From Chara braunii (taxonomy: Eukaryota > Plantae > Charophyceae), in contig BFEA01000004.1 in assembly GCA_003427395.1 (NCBI GenBank), positions 8,709,447 through 8,769,277 of the forward strand: DNA of 59,831 nucleotides. The letters run 5' to 3'. Made by a program: the position numbers and the translations under genes. How positions within the stretch are numbered: the first letter of the stretch is position 1; each line of letters opens with the position of its first letter. Positions 35,972 to 47,812 of this stretch are shown one piece after another. The notes under the pieces are model-generated. The model searched no databases and was not told the DNA's origin. It saw only the letters and a program-made list of their open reading frames with translations.

Positions 35972-38713
35972 TGTCGAGCTCATCGGCTCCGGCTTTCTTT
36001 GCATAAGGCGAGAGCTCTCCTGGCCATAGGACTACCCTTCCCTTGCTATATCGCGACCGCGCATCCTCGCACAGTGGTCCTTGTTAGCCCATCGGGCTCG
36101 GAACCGCACGACAACCACACGCCATTATTTTAAGTAGGATAGGTTTTAAATTTATCATTTCAACCTTCCCACTACCGTAAACTCTTTGAAACCTTACCAT
36201 ACATAGGGAGAAGTCGGTCACACCGCCACTTCTCACTGTCATTTCCGGATGCCGCAAACGTCCGGTCTTATATTCAAAAAATTGTATTCTCTCGGTCTTA
36301 TGGTTGGTTCAAATAAGTCTTTGGCAGATGCATATTTCATCAAGTCTCTCAATTCAAATAAAAGTCAGACAGTGTCCGGCGTTTAAAATACCCAGCAGAC
36401 ACCCTTGTAAGCATTTCTGCCCCGACAGCGTTCCTGGACCCCATTGAACGACGTCCCTGTCGTTCACCATCAAAATAAAAAGTCATGATTCTTATGAAAT
36501 TTCAATGTGAGAACAATAATCACAGTACACAACAATTCAAACAATCGTTTCGAACTAAGCCCGACTTTTTTTACCAACAAATCTGGATTAAGCCTCTGGA
36601 AGCCCGAATATAATAACATCAACAAAATTGGATTATGCCTCCAGAAGCCTAAACATAAACACAACAAAACTGGATTCTGGCTCCAGAAGCCTAAATACAA
36701 ACACAACAAAACTAGATGTTTTCACTCATCAACTGGAAGTACCAGATTCCACCCCTGGCAAGCCTAAAAGCAAAACTTGGACCCAAATTACGCCTTTAGA
36801 AGCCAAAAATACACAGGATTTTTTTCATAATGGTCTCAACATCTTCCCACTGGCAGCCAACAATTTTATCTCTCTGAATGGTTACCAGATTACACCCCTA
36901 GCAAGCTTAAAAACCCGACAACCTTCAGATTGATATCACAATGGATCAACCTTCCGGAACTTGTTAAGACATAGTCTGAATTTACCATCCAGAGAGTCAT
37001 CATTCATTTAGAAATCCTTGTCCAAGTTTCGAGTGTATCCCAACTTCGAGAAAGATAATAATAAGTTATCATATTTGATACTTCTACACTCTTTAGGATA
37101 CGTGTCGAGGAGTGGTATAATCATTTTATAGGATAACATCTCGACATCAAGCTCCACTTCAGATCCCAGTCTCACCACATTCCCTCCGATTCCGATCCTA
37201 TGACCCATCAATCAGTTACTAATAGAGTAGAACAACCTCACCTCCCACAACCGAGGTTAGCGAGGCCTCGAGTACGGAGGTGAGATGACCCTGCTCAATA
37301 CGCGGTTATGTAACCACTATTTCCCTTGTGACAAACAGTACTCGCCTCCTCTATAAGCAACGCCTTGATACAGTCATAACACCTTCCTCCTTGTCAACAA
37401 TAGTGTAGTCTCCTTTCCTTAAATCATATAGGATCCGAAAGATATCATCTCATTGTAAATGAGTAGCATAGCTCCAGTGCGAGCTTCACTACCATTTACA
37501 GAGCTCGCAATTTCATTAGAAATTTATCGCGAGATAATAACAAACTTACAACAAACTTCAATTGCCCACAATGAAACAATTCACGACAAATGTTTTCACA
37601 TTAAATTTCATAATAATCCAAGCCACACATTTTAACAATAGATAAGATGTATTCATGACATATAAATGCATCACATATAATATATAATAAATTATTTTAA
37701 AATGAATGGAAGTCCGGTTAAACTAATGAATCAAAATATGCATCAATCCAAATACACAAATAAAGTACACAACTCAGCAAAATAATATTAAAATAAAATA
37801 AGCCTTGGTTAATAATATTCCAAATAACTCCAAAAAATGAATGTCACAACAAAGTCGATATTATAACACCATAACTGAAAGAATACCCGAAAATTCATGA
37901 TAAAATATTTAAAAAATAATTGAGATAAACGATAATAATCTTAACACAGTGCCTATAGATTGACAGATAATAATAATTAATTGCTTAATGTCAGAAAAAT
38001 AACAGATTATGATTCAATTAATATCACGACAATTAAAATGTATATCCAACTAAAATGTTCGGAATAAATCCTGATAATAAAATCAACACATTAAGAATTA
38101 GCGCTTCAAAGCAACCAGAAACAAATCAATGACAATAAAATAATGAATTATGAAAAATCGGAAGGCAATCAAATAATCCATCAGAAAAATAAAATACTCG
38201 AGTGTCGTTCCACCAGGGACAACGGTAGGTAGTCGTTATCCCCGGCAACGGCGCCACCTATCGAGCGCATCGGCTCCCACATTTTTCACATAAGGCGAGA
38301 ACCCTCTTTGCCATAGGACTACCCTTCCCTTGCTTTGTCGCGACCACGCATCCTCACGCAGTGGTCCTTATTAGCCCCTCGGGCTTTGAACAACACGACA
38401 ACCGCACGTTATTATTTTAAGTAGGATAGGTTTTGAATTTATCATTCCAACCTTCCCACTACCGTACATCTCTGCAGTATTTTCATACAGAGGGAGAAGT
38501 CGGTCACGTCGCCGCTTCTCGTTGTCATTTCCGGATGCCGCAAACGTCCGGTTTTGGATTCAAAAAATTTTTGTCTCTTGGTCTTAGAGTTTGTTCGAAT
38601 AAGCCTTTGGCAAATGCATATCTCATCAAGTCTCTCAATTCAAAGAAAAGTCAGACAATTTTCGACGTTTAAAATACCCAACAGATACCCTTGTCAGGGT
38701 TTCTGCCCCGACA
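35972..38713 (-). mobile_element. Non-autonomous LTR retrotransposon (TRIM-like) with 455/456-bp LTRs and a tRNA-Asp PBS
   Basis: Direct repeats 35972-36427 and 38259-38713 with TGTCG...CGACA ends (one end mutated to TA). PBS TGGCGCCGTTGCCGGGGA at 38256-38239. Non-coding AT-rich interior. Flanks GCGG/GTAG. Confidence 0.9.
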
Positions 38714-40768
38714 GTAGAATGTCGATTTTTCTCAAATCTACTTGTGTGCTTGTAACTCCTTCTCTTCCCTTAGTTCCCTTCTTCGGTCGAGCTACGTCTT
38801 CGGCGACATCTTTTATCTCTCTCTCTCTCTCTTCCTCTCAGCGTTTTCTTTACAAGTGTTTGAGTGTTTTGATGGCTCTCTCACCCCTCTATATGTATGG
38901 GATCTCGTCTCGCTCATCTTGATAAATTCAGTCGGATCCCACAAGAACGAGCATTGTTGAATTTGAGAGATTAGTAAGATCGAGGGATCCTGCCTCGTCC
39001 GTCCCTTTGGTCCCTTGTACGTGACGAATGATGCGCACCTATGATATAGAAGTGATTTTTGGTCTTTACTCGTCTTGGATATTCACAAGGCATTGACTGA
39101 GCTGATGCTTTGATTCAGATTTTGATGTGGTTATTTCACTGCATATCTAGGTGTATTTTCGTACTCATACGAATGAGTGATATGTGTTTATGAAAAACAT
39201 TGAGCCTCTTGTCTCCGCTTATCTTTGACGATCGGAGTTTCCCCAAGTGAACTCAACCGAACGCAAAGATCAGTTGGGAGATAAGTCACCCCAATGGTTG
39301 TCTTCTTGGTTGGATCGAGTCGTATGAACTCACGCCTATAGTTAGTCTTTATTATGAATAGATGATGTTGTACGACTTGTGCCTATTGATATGTTTTTCA
39401 TCGAATAACGGATTGAGTAGACAAGCCCAAGTAGTCTGCTTATGCCATGTGGACCGATTACTTCGATCTGACTGGGCATTGACTTCCCGTATCCTCACAG
39501 TGGTTATTTTTGTGCAGCAAGGAAAATACACGTGTATGTGAGTGAGACTTATGAGTAGCCATCGCAAAGATCGAAGGGCGTTATTACTTTTCTCCCGAAA
39601 CAAGGTGCTCCGGGTTCATAAGGGCGGGTTTTGTCATTGTCGATACTAATTTCCCGCCTTACTCCTTATTATTGTCTTTTAACGAGTTGATTGTCATCCT
39701 TTGGATGGCGGTGGCACCCCATTGGCCTAACACTCTTTGCAGTGATTGCCGCCACACCGAGCGTTATCGAGAAAATAGGTTTTACTACTGAACATGTGGC
39801 GAGGACGAGCACAAGGAAAGAGCAACCAAGTTGCGACCTTCCACGTCGGATTTCGAGCTCTGTAACGAGCGGTGCATGAACTTAATTCAAAAACGAGATC
39901 CAAAGTATGGATCCTTGCTTTTTCGTTCGAAAAGACGTTGAGTAGCCTGCATGAAAGTTCAAAGGCATTTTTTTAATTAAATAAATGTTTGAAAACAGCG
40001 AACACCATTTCTTTCCTGCGCGGTGATGGTAATTTGTCACTAAAGCTAGAACCACACGGGGGATTTCAGTTTTGTCTGTATCCCCACACTCAATTTTTTA
40101 AAAATCATTGAACTGTCATTTCCTCAAAATAGACATTTTATTATTTTTTTAATGAAATTGAAACCAATTTTTTTTACGTTGGTTGAAAACAGATCCAAAT
40201 TAGCTTGAGACCAGATGCATCCAGGGGGTCTAGCATTTTAAGAACGGCGGACCCTCAGGTACAACAAATTTGGACATGTTTTCGGCCAAAAAATACGGTT
40301 TCAATTTCTTCAAAAAATAAAAATATCCATTTTTACGAAATGACAGTTAATTGCACACTCCATTTTGTTGCTCTTCCAGGGCCTGTTCCGCATTGTTTAT
40401 GACTCCAACCAGAAGACAGCATGGGGCGTGAGGTTGGTATTGGAGCCGATACGTGTCAGTTCGGGTGATAGTGAGACGAGATGGCAAGTGGACGAGCACT
40501 GGCTCGTTCGAACCGAAGGAGTCCTCCCATCACTCGAAACAGGTCCGCGGAGGTGAAAGAAGAGGTAGCCATGGCTAACTCTAATGTGTTTGCCCCTCGA
40601 GTAATGATTAATATACCAACCCCCTTTCCATTATATCCTAATCACACTCATCCAAAGGCATGGCTCGAAGTTGTGGAAGCTCAGGATTATGACGTAACTG
40701 ATCCCCCCGAGTCATCACTCTACTTAATATAAGAAACACCGCTCACGAACGGGTAGATTCGGTTACGT

Positions 40769-42600
40769 TGTCAGTGCGAATACCCTTACAAGGGTATCTG
40801 CCCTGGTTTTTGCAAGTGATAAAAAATAAGTCTGGTTTGAAGTTTGAGTACACCACGTGAATCACAGTTGTGTCGGTAGTTTACTCTGACTAGGTGGTTG
40901 ACTAGAAATAGAGAGTGTGTTGGCGCGAGGACATAAGGCCCACGTGACCTCTCAGGATGATTATGAGGCCGCTGTGGTTGCCGGCTAAGTTTTCATTTCT
41001 TATTAAACTATGCTTAGAAAGATTTTGTCTCTTGATTGGCGCGCTTGGCCGTGACATGTGCGTACGTACGGAGGACATCAACGATGACAATGTGGCGTTG
41101 AGTACTGGTCTGAGTATGTGATGGGACGAATGCGTGGTAGGTGCAGGACTTGACGCCCGAGGGATTAGTTGATAGATTGAGGTGTGGGCTTGGAGCGTCT
41201 CAGTGGACCCGCACGCCATGTAATGCGCGCTTATATAGGTGTCCGCTTGTACTAGGCTCATCTTCGGGCCCGACACTATTGATTACGGTAACGGACTTTT
41301 ATCAAGGAGATCCAAAGATCGACGCCAGCAGGACGGCGGCGTAGGAGTACCGGAGCGGCGAGGAGAAGCCAAGGGGTTGAAGGGTCGGGGGGGTATCCCC
41401 CTTGGTTTTGCCGTCAGCAGAGTTGAAGCGGCGCTAGCAGTCCCTTTTCCTTGCTCGTCGGTTTTCAACGTTAATTTTTCTTTAAAAATTTATTATTTAT
41501 CATCGTTATTATTATTTTTATGTCTCAGTGTTCCTTGAATCGGATGCGACATCGAACTTAGGGCTCGTTGGCGAGACGGACGGGTCAGCTTAGATAGTGT
41601 AAGCTCTGGCTTTTGGGCTACATAACTAGGGTTGTCGGGCAGTCGGGGTTTTTTTGTGCGCTCCTCTTTCTGGCTGACCTACGGATTCCTGCGTGTTCAG
41701 GATGCCGGAGAAGTTTCTCTATTCCGTTTGTCTTGAGGTACAGAACGAGGAGTTCAGTGTGCATGTCAGCCATGGGGGCAATGTGTGCACGATCGGCGGC
41801 CACTTAGTCGTGAGCCGGAAGAATCAGGAGTGGCGGAAGCCTCCGCAGGGCACCGGCCGCCAACCGAGGGCTGTTGTGGGAGGTCTAACTGTAAGCATGC
41901 CCGTCGGGACTCCGAAGAGGTGGGCAATGCCTGGGTAGAGCGGCCCTGGGCGCTGTGGGGAGGCCGCTGCAGCGGCTGCTCACGGGGAAACCACCCCCCC
42001 ATTCACTTTGGTCTTCAAAAGTTTTCATTTGAATATTTGCTACTACTACGAAGATTTGCACCGGGACCCGCCTCACTCAAGCCCACGCTGCTGGCTTAGC
42101 AGCGGGCCCGCTCCCTCCGGCGCATTGAAGAGGCAAAGTTATGAAGGTCGGGCGTAGGCCTGCCGCTGCAGCACCATCCGTTCGGACCTGGCAAGTAAGT
42201 CTTTGCACACTCCTTATCGGATTTCGACTTCCTTGACCATAGTTCTTCTGTCTGTATCAGCGGACGCCGCTGTGGTTTCTGGGATAGCGCACTCTTTGGT
42301 GCAGAGGGGAAGAGACGGGCAGCAGGGAGGAAAAGGCAAAATGAACCTAGGCGCGAGTTTGCGTCGGGTACGTTCGGCAATAAAAACGAAGATGGCGAAG
42401 GCAATTTTGAGTTGGGCAAAGTTGAAGACGCGTGGCTCGCTCGAGCCTTAGCGGAACCAAGCGAACGAGGAAGCGATTCCGGAGTCTTGAGCCATGGCGA
42501 ACACAGTAGAGGTGTTAGTTTTGGTGATAGAATTAGTAGAAGGTTAGCAGATTGAGAGCTAGAGAAGAAATGAACTGCGAGGACGAGAAAATTGAGTTGG
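40769..42600 (+). mobile_element. 5' part of a related but divergent LTR
   Basis: Begins TGTCAGTGCGAATACCCTTACAAGGGTATCTGC, sharing the terminal hairpin of the family; 3' extent unclear. Confidence 0.45.
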
Positions 42601-42649
42601 GCGAGCCAGATTGAAAACGCGCCCTCAAAAACCAGGAGAATTGTTGCCA

Positions 42650-43481
42650 AATTTTGTAGGTAGATTCCAAACAGCTCTAGATAAGTTTGGACGAGAAAAT
42701 AATGTTACTCGAGACCGGTTCATAGATCACCTTTGCAACTCGGTCTTAAAGGCAAAACTGAAAAAGAAAGTCCCTCCCAAGGTTGGAACATCACATGCGA
42801 GTGCACCCACCAGAGAAGAGATTTCATAGGCAAAGTATTATGTGTCGTCCTCCCCCCCCACCCTTACGATGGTAAAATCTTCCCCAGGGAGCATCCCATC
42901 TAGTTCCGGGTCCGAGTCCATTTTCAGGGAAGTTTGGTGTGCCCTTGGGACATCTGGCTCATATGCCTGGAGGTGCGCTTCTTGTCCTGTGCAGTGGGCC
43001 ACCTTAAAGATGGTCATGGGGATGGGGTTCCAGGTGCTCTTCATTACACCGTTACCCAATCAAGACCGCAAATCGTGCGTCCCTCTTGAAGGGCAGCCAC
43101 CCACGGGGGCGGAACCGCCCTGTAGATGAGGTTCAACTTATCCGAACTTTTTCTGATGTACTTCAGGTTTAGCTGCAGCTGCTGAGCGGTCTTCCATACG
43201 CCTTTCTGATTATCCCAGAGGTCCCCAACATCGATGAGGCAGTTCCTCACCCGGTGAGCTAGTGGGAGTTGGTGGCCAGGAAGAGCGACAAGCCTGCTTC
43301 GTCGCATATATCGGGGTTGTCAAACAATGGTTGTCGCCATATCACTTGCCACCTCAAGAGGGGTGACTTTTTGGTTGGACCCATTTCCTTTCACAATTGC
43401 AGCATCGTGGTCGACAATTGGTCGCATTTAAGGTCCCATCTCACGCTGTTGCGGGTTGTCTCCTCCCTCCAATGGTGCCGG

Positions 43482-43483
<2 letters not shown>
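42650..43483 (-). pseudogene. LINE ORF2 fragment (post-RT region)
   Basis: VGDLWDNQKGVWK matches IGDLWD in the full LINE. Confidence 0.6.
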
Positions 43484-43560
<77 letters not shown>

Positions 43561-43578
43561 CTANNNNNNNNNNNNNNN

Positions 43579-46500
43579 ACAGTTTTGTGCAAAAGGTAAG
43601 TTTCGTTTTTTTTTTTTTTTTTTTTTTTTTAGATTCTCTTTAGATTTTATTCTTTCTGATTTTCTTCCTCTTCTTATTGTTTTTTTCCCTCCCCTCGGTT
43701 ACTTGCGCCCGTTGGGTTAAAAACGGGCTGCAGTTAGCAACAACGCTTGAATCTGGCATTGTTGGCGGTCGGGTGCGGGCGCGCGTTGGGAAAGGAAAGA
43801 GGACCCTGTTGAGATTGACTCTAGTGTGACTATGTGAAATGACTTACAGGAGGGGGAGCCTGCTTGTTTTGAAAACGAGTTGCCCCTGCATAGGGAAACG
43901 AGGGGAGGGGTAAAAAGAAAAAAGAAAAAAAGGAAAGAAAAAAAAAGGGAGAACGGCCACGAATTTGGTCGTGGCCGAGGAACAGGTGCAAAACCCAGAA
44001 GATTCTAGGGGGTGAAGTGACTGCACCGGTTCGTTTTTTACAGGCTGCAAAGAGTGGCTGGGTACAAGCATTTCTAGAAGTATGTGGCCCGGGAGAGTGG
44101 CCAGATACTTCTAGGAACTGAAGACCCTGGTTCCCCTAGGGGAACATCAAGGTTTCCAACCCTTGATCTCGTATGAGATCAAGTTCTAGGCCCTGATCCG
44201 AAATTTTGGCTGGGGCAAAGCTGCTGCCCTCAGCCCTCAGCTGGCTATAAAAGCAGCCAGCAGCCAGCCAACCAGCATTCATTTGTGGCTGATGTTGCTG
44301 GCATTTCACTTGGGTGAGTGTTGGCTGTTGGAGGAGAAGTTGCTGGCTGGAGAAGAGAGTGGAGAAAAGATGGAGAGTAGAGGCAGCCATAGCCACCACT
44401 TCACTTAGTGAAGTGTTGGGAAAGTGTTGTTCGTTCAACGCGGCATCGACGACCATTTTCTGTAAGATGTAGGGGTTATATTGCACATGGCAGCCATAAT
44501 TGGAGAAGTGTTGGGGAGAAGCTGCACGTTTTTTGCGGCAACGAGAATTTTTTGTTGATGTATTGCGGGAGAATTGCCGAAGTTTTTCAGTGGCAGCTGT
44601 GATTTTTTTGGCCGTGACGTGAAAGCGCTGTCGGATTTCTGCGGCAGCGACAGTGGTTTTAACAGCAGTGGTGTGGGAGTGCTGCCAGTTTTTAACGGCG
44701 GTGGCGGCAGTATTTTTGCGTTGACTATATAAAGTGGTGGCTGGGTAGGGAAGGTGCCCCTGAAGTGGTAGTGCGTTTTGAAGTGGCGTGAGTGTGGCAA
44801 CGCAGTGACGAGGTGACATTGGAGGCGAGTGACGGCGACATTGAGACGCCGTCATGTTGTTGAGGGTGAATGTGTGTTGAGAGGGTAATGTGGTAGGCGG
44901 TCGTCTCAAGGGAGTGGTGTGGATCACTTTGCTAACGAGTTGTTGCGATGAACTTCTCATCTAAGGGCGTGATTCCATACGGTCTTTGAGCAGACCGTTT
45001 CTCAAACTTCGCTCAATGTCGGTCAGTTTATTGACTCAGATTTCCTTTCACACCTGTGTGAACCCACACTTTGCTTGACCCTGTTCATTGAATGTTCGTT
45101 GGAAAGGTAAAGGAAAGTTGTGTGAGTCAAGCATGTGAATGACAAAATTTGACTTCAGTATGGGAATGCACTAGTTTTTCTTGAATTTGTCGTTTTTGCG
45201 TATTGTGCAGGTAGGGTGAAGGATGCTTGAAAAGGAGATTGATTATGCCGGTTGGAGGAAAAAAAAAATGATTGTCATTTCTTTACTTATCACCCGCCTG
45301 CATGCCAAAACTGATTCGATGTTTTGAAAAACTTTAATTTTGTGTGCACCACAAAATGAAAACAGATAAGGTCAAACGGATTTAGCTTTCTCCTCATGAT
45401 TAACTTTTTCTATCACGAACGACCTTATCTACCTATACCTGTCCAAATGATTCTCGTTGTCTATCTTCTTCAGTTTCTTTTTCATCTAAGTTACCCAAAA
45501 CTTATGAATAATGAGAATAAAAGAAACCTACTCATGGCGAACACAGTCTTTCTCTCTAGTTAGTATCCGAGGCGGGGGTTCGTATGCTTTCGGAGTAGGC
45601 CCTATTATCGACTTGGAGTGGACCCAATTCGTCAGGGGTGGTGCTTTGCCGACTCGGTGGTGACGGCTCAACCTCTGAGATGCGAGTCTTCGGGCTCGGG
45701 CGCGGGGGAGGAGTATCCACAAGACCACTTCCTAAAGGGATAGGTGCGTGTCGGAAACAAAAGAAGCTCCAGCCCGTAAGAAGAAGCAGGTAATAAAGGT
45801 AATGGTTTTCTTTAAGCAGTGATAACGACTGCAATTTTGGTTTGGGTAACCGGATGATGCAGATGGATACTTCATCATTCGAGAAAACGAAAAGAGTAAT
45901 TATTGTCAAGGAGGACAAATCGGCCAACAAAAAATTTATTTGCTAGATAATACTTTTCTCCAAACAAACTGCATATGATACGGAGGTGTGATCAAACCGA
46001 GAGTTCAAAATTCGGTCAGGAGCCAGATCACTTGTTGATCTGCATGGTAACAATGAAATTTACTTGCAGAAGTCATTCCGGACAGGGTTAAGTAGGTGTC
46101 GACAAACCCAACCGTAAGTAAAAAAATATGTTATTTTTCCTAATTTCTCGTCAATATCGAGCCTCTGCCTCGAAAGCGGCGGTATAATAGTCTCTTCCGT
46201 CATATAGGCCAGAAATAATAACTTTGGTAGATGATCTCATCAAGTTAAAATCCTATCTTGTGCGATTTGATAAAAGTGTATTAATTTTATTTATTCCGTG
46301 ATCAGAGAATTATAAAGGGACTAGGATTATATTGTGGGTTTCACATTTGGTTGAGACCGTCCTAGTGGACTGATGTTCGTTTCGTACCTAGGAGATCAGC
46401 ACCCCAAGAAACGGACAGCGTTCGGGTCCACTTGGCGTTAACCAAGCGTACTTATACTCCAGCGAACGAGCAAACGCCCCACCTCTGCAATTGCATGTAA

Positions 46501-46734
46501 AAGCTTTCGTACGTGGGTTAGTAGCTCGGTAGGGATACGCCCCTGAAGGTGGTGACAGCCCCTTAGGGAAGGCAAAATATGCCCCGCAAAAACCTGTCCT
46601 GTTGTAGGGGACTATTTTATTATTTATGCATCGTCCTAAGTTGTCTCTTGATCTTAATTTTATTTGACTCCTGTGTGACATAGCCGGGAGGGCTCCTGCG
46701 CTTTGCAAAAAGGAGGGAGCCGATGCGCTCGACA
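43579..46734 (+). mobile_element. 3' 3.2 kb of a long LTR, homologous to ~53085-56328
   Basis: Colinear high-similarity direct repeat ending GCGCTCGACA, not followed by a PBS. Confidence 0.88.
43794..43845 (+). rRNA. 52-nt fragment of cytosolic 25S/28S rRNA captured in the LTR; second copy 53285-53336
   Basis: ggaaagaggaccctgttgagattgactctagtgtgactatgtgaaatgactt vs LSU GGAAAGAAGACCCTGTTGAGCTTGACTCTAGTCCGACTTTGTGAAATGACTT (5 mismatches to the remembered plant consensus). Confidence 0.8.
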
Positions 46735-46928
46735 GCGTGGCATCAAATTTTGGTTAGTCAATGGAGGCAGCTAAGGAACACATCTTTTTTTTTCTTTTTT
46801 TTTTTTGGAAATTTTAATAAAAAATCACCAAAGTCAAGGAATTTCGTACAAACCCCCGCGGAAGCAATATCATCTTGTTGTGTATACCGCTAAGAGGCCG
46901 ACTTAGCTTCGCCTAACTTGTGGTTTAA

Positions 46929-47227
46929 ACCACAAGTGCACACCATACTGAGCACCACAGGCCCCATCCATGGGCTGAAACGCGATGCCGGTCGTTGATA
47001 CTTTTTATCGATGGCGCTGACCCCAAACTTATCGGACCAGGTGACAAGTTTCTTTTACCACTGGCAAGGTTGGGGGGGACACGCCTCACATCGGCCGCAA
47101 TCCTCTGACAAAGGCTGAAACGCGATGCTGACCAATGATTTACTTCTATTGCCAGCGTGCCGACGCCAATATTTGTGGACCAAGCAACGAAACATTTTCA
47201 GCAAGCCTAGGGCCGTGTACTCATGGT
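46929..47227. mobile_element. TTAA-flanked MITE with imperfect ACC...GGT TIRs
   Basis: TTAA at 46925-46928 and 47228-47231. Confidence 0.55.
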
Positions 47228-47730
47228 TTAAACCACCAATTCACAGTAGCCTAAGTTGGGGAAGCTACCTTACAAGGCACGTGAGCCTGCAAGTGCGCCT
47301 TTTTAAAGCCGGATTGGAAATTTTCTTACCACGTAACCGGTAGGTTCTTGTGAACTGGTCATGATATGTAAATGACAAGAGTACAAGTAGACTACTTCTT
47401 ACATGCATAATATGTACACGCTTACACATATAGCACATATAGCATTGACTTAACATGAGGGCACAGGTGCACAACCCATAGTTTGTTTGTTGATATGATC
47501 GGGGAGGCGTAAGGTGGTGATTATGCTTTGTCTATGTTTCGTCATGTTCGCTATACACAACTCCAAGAGTGTGTCGGGGGGGGTCGCGGTAGGTGCTTTA
47601 TTCACAATGTGCATAGGACGCAGGACCCGTTTTCCAGCAGGTGCTGCTCCCCATTAATAGACAGGAGTATATAAGGGGATGCTCATGTCACCTCTCCAGT
47701 GGGCTGAAGCGAAACTTTTGAGAAAAAAGA

Positions 47731-47774
<44 letters not shown>

Positions 47775-47779
<5 letters not shown>

Positions 47780-47812
47780 TCTTATACACATCTAGATGTG
47801 TATAAGAGACAG
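47775..47812. other. Nextera mate-pair junction adapter (assembly contaminant)
   Basis: Exact CTGTCTCTTATACACATCT-AGATGTGTATAAGAGACAG. Confidence 0.97.

Noticed and set aside
43794-43845. rDNA locus
   Set aside because: Only 52 nt match, embedded in an LTR
47775-47812. Tn5 mosaic ends suggesting a bacterial transposon
   Set aside because: The exact back-to-back 19-bp pair is the Nextera mate-pair junction adapter, a library artefact
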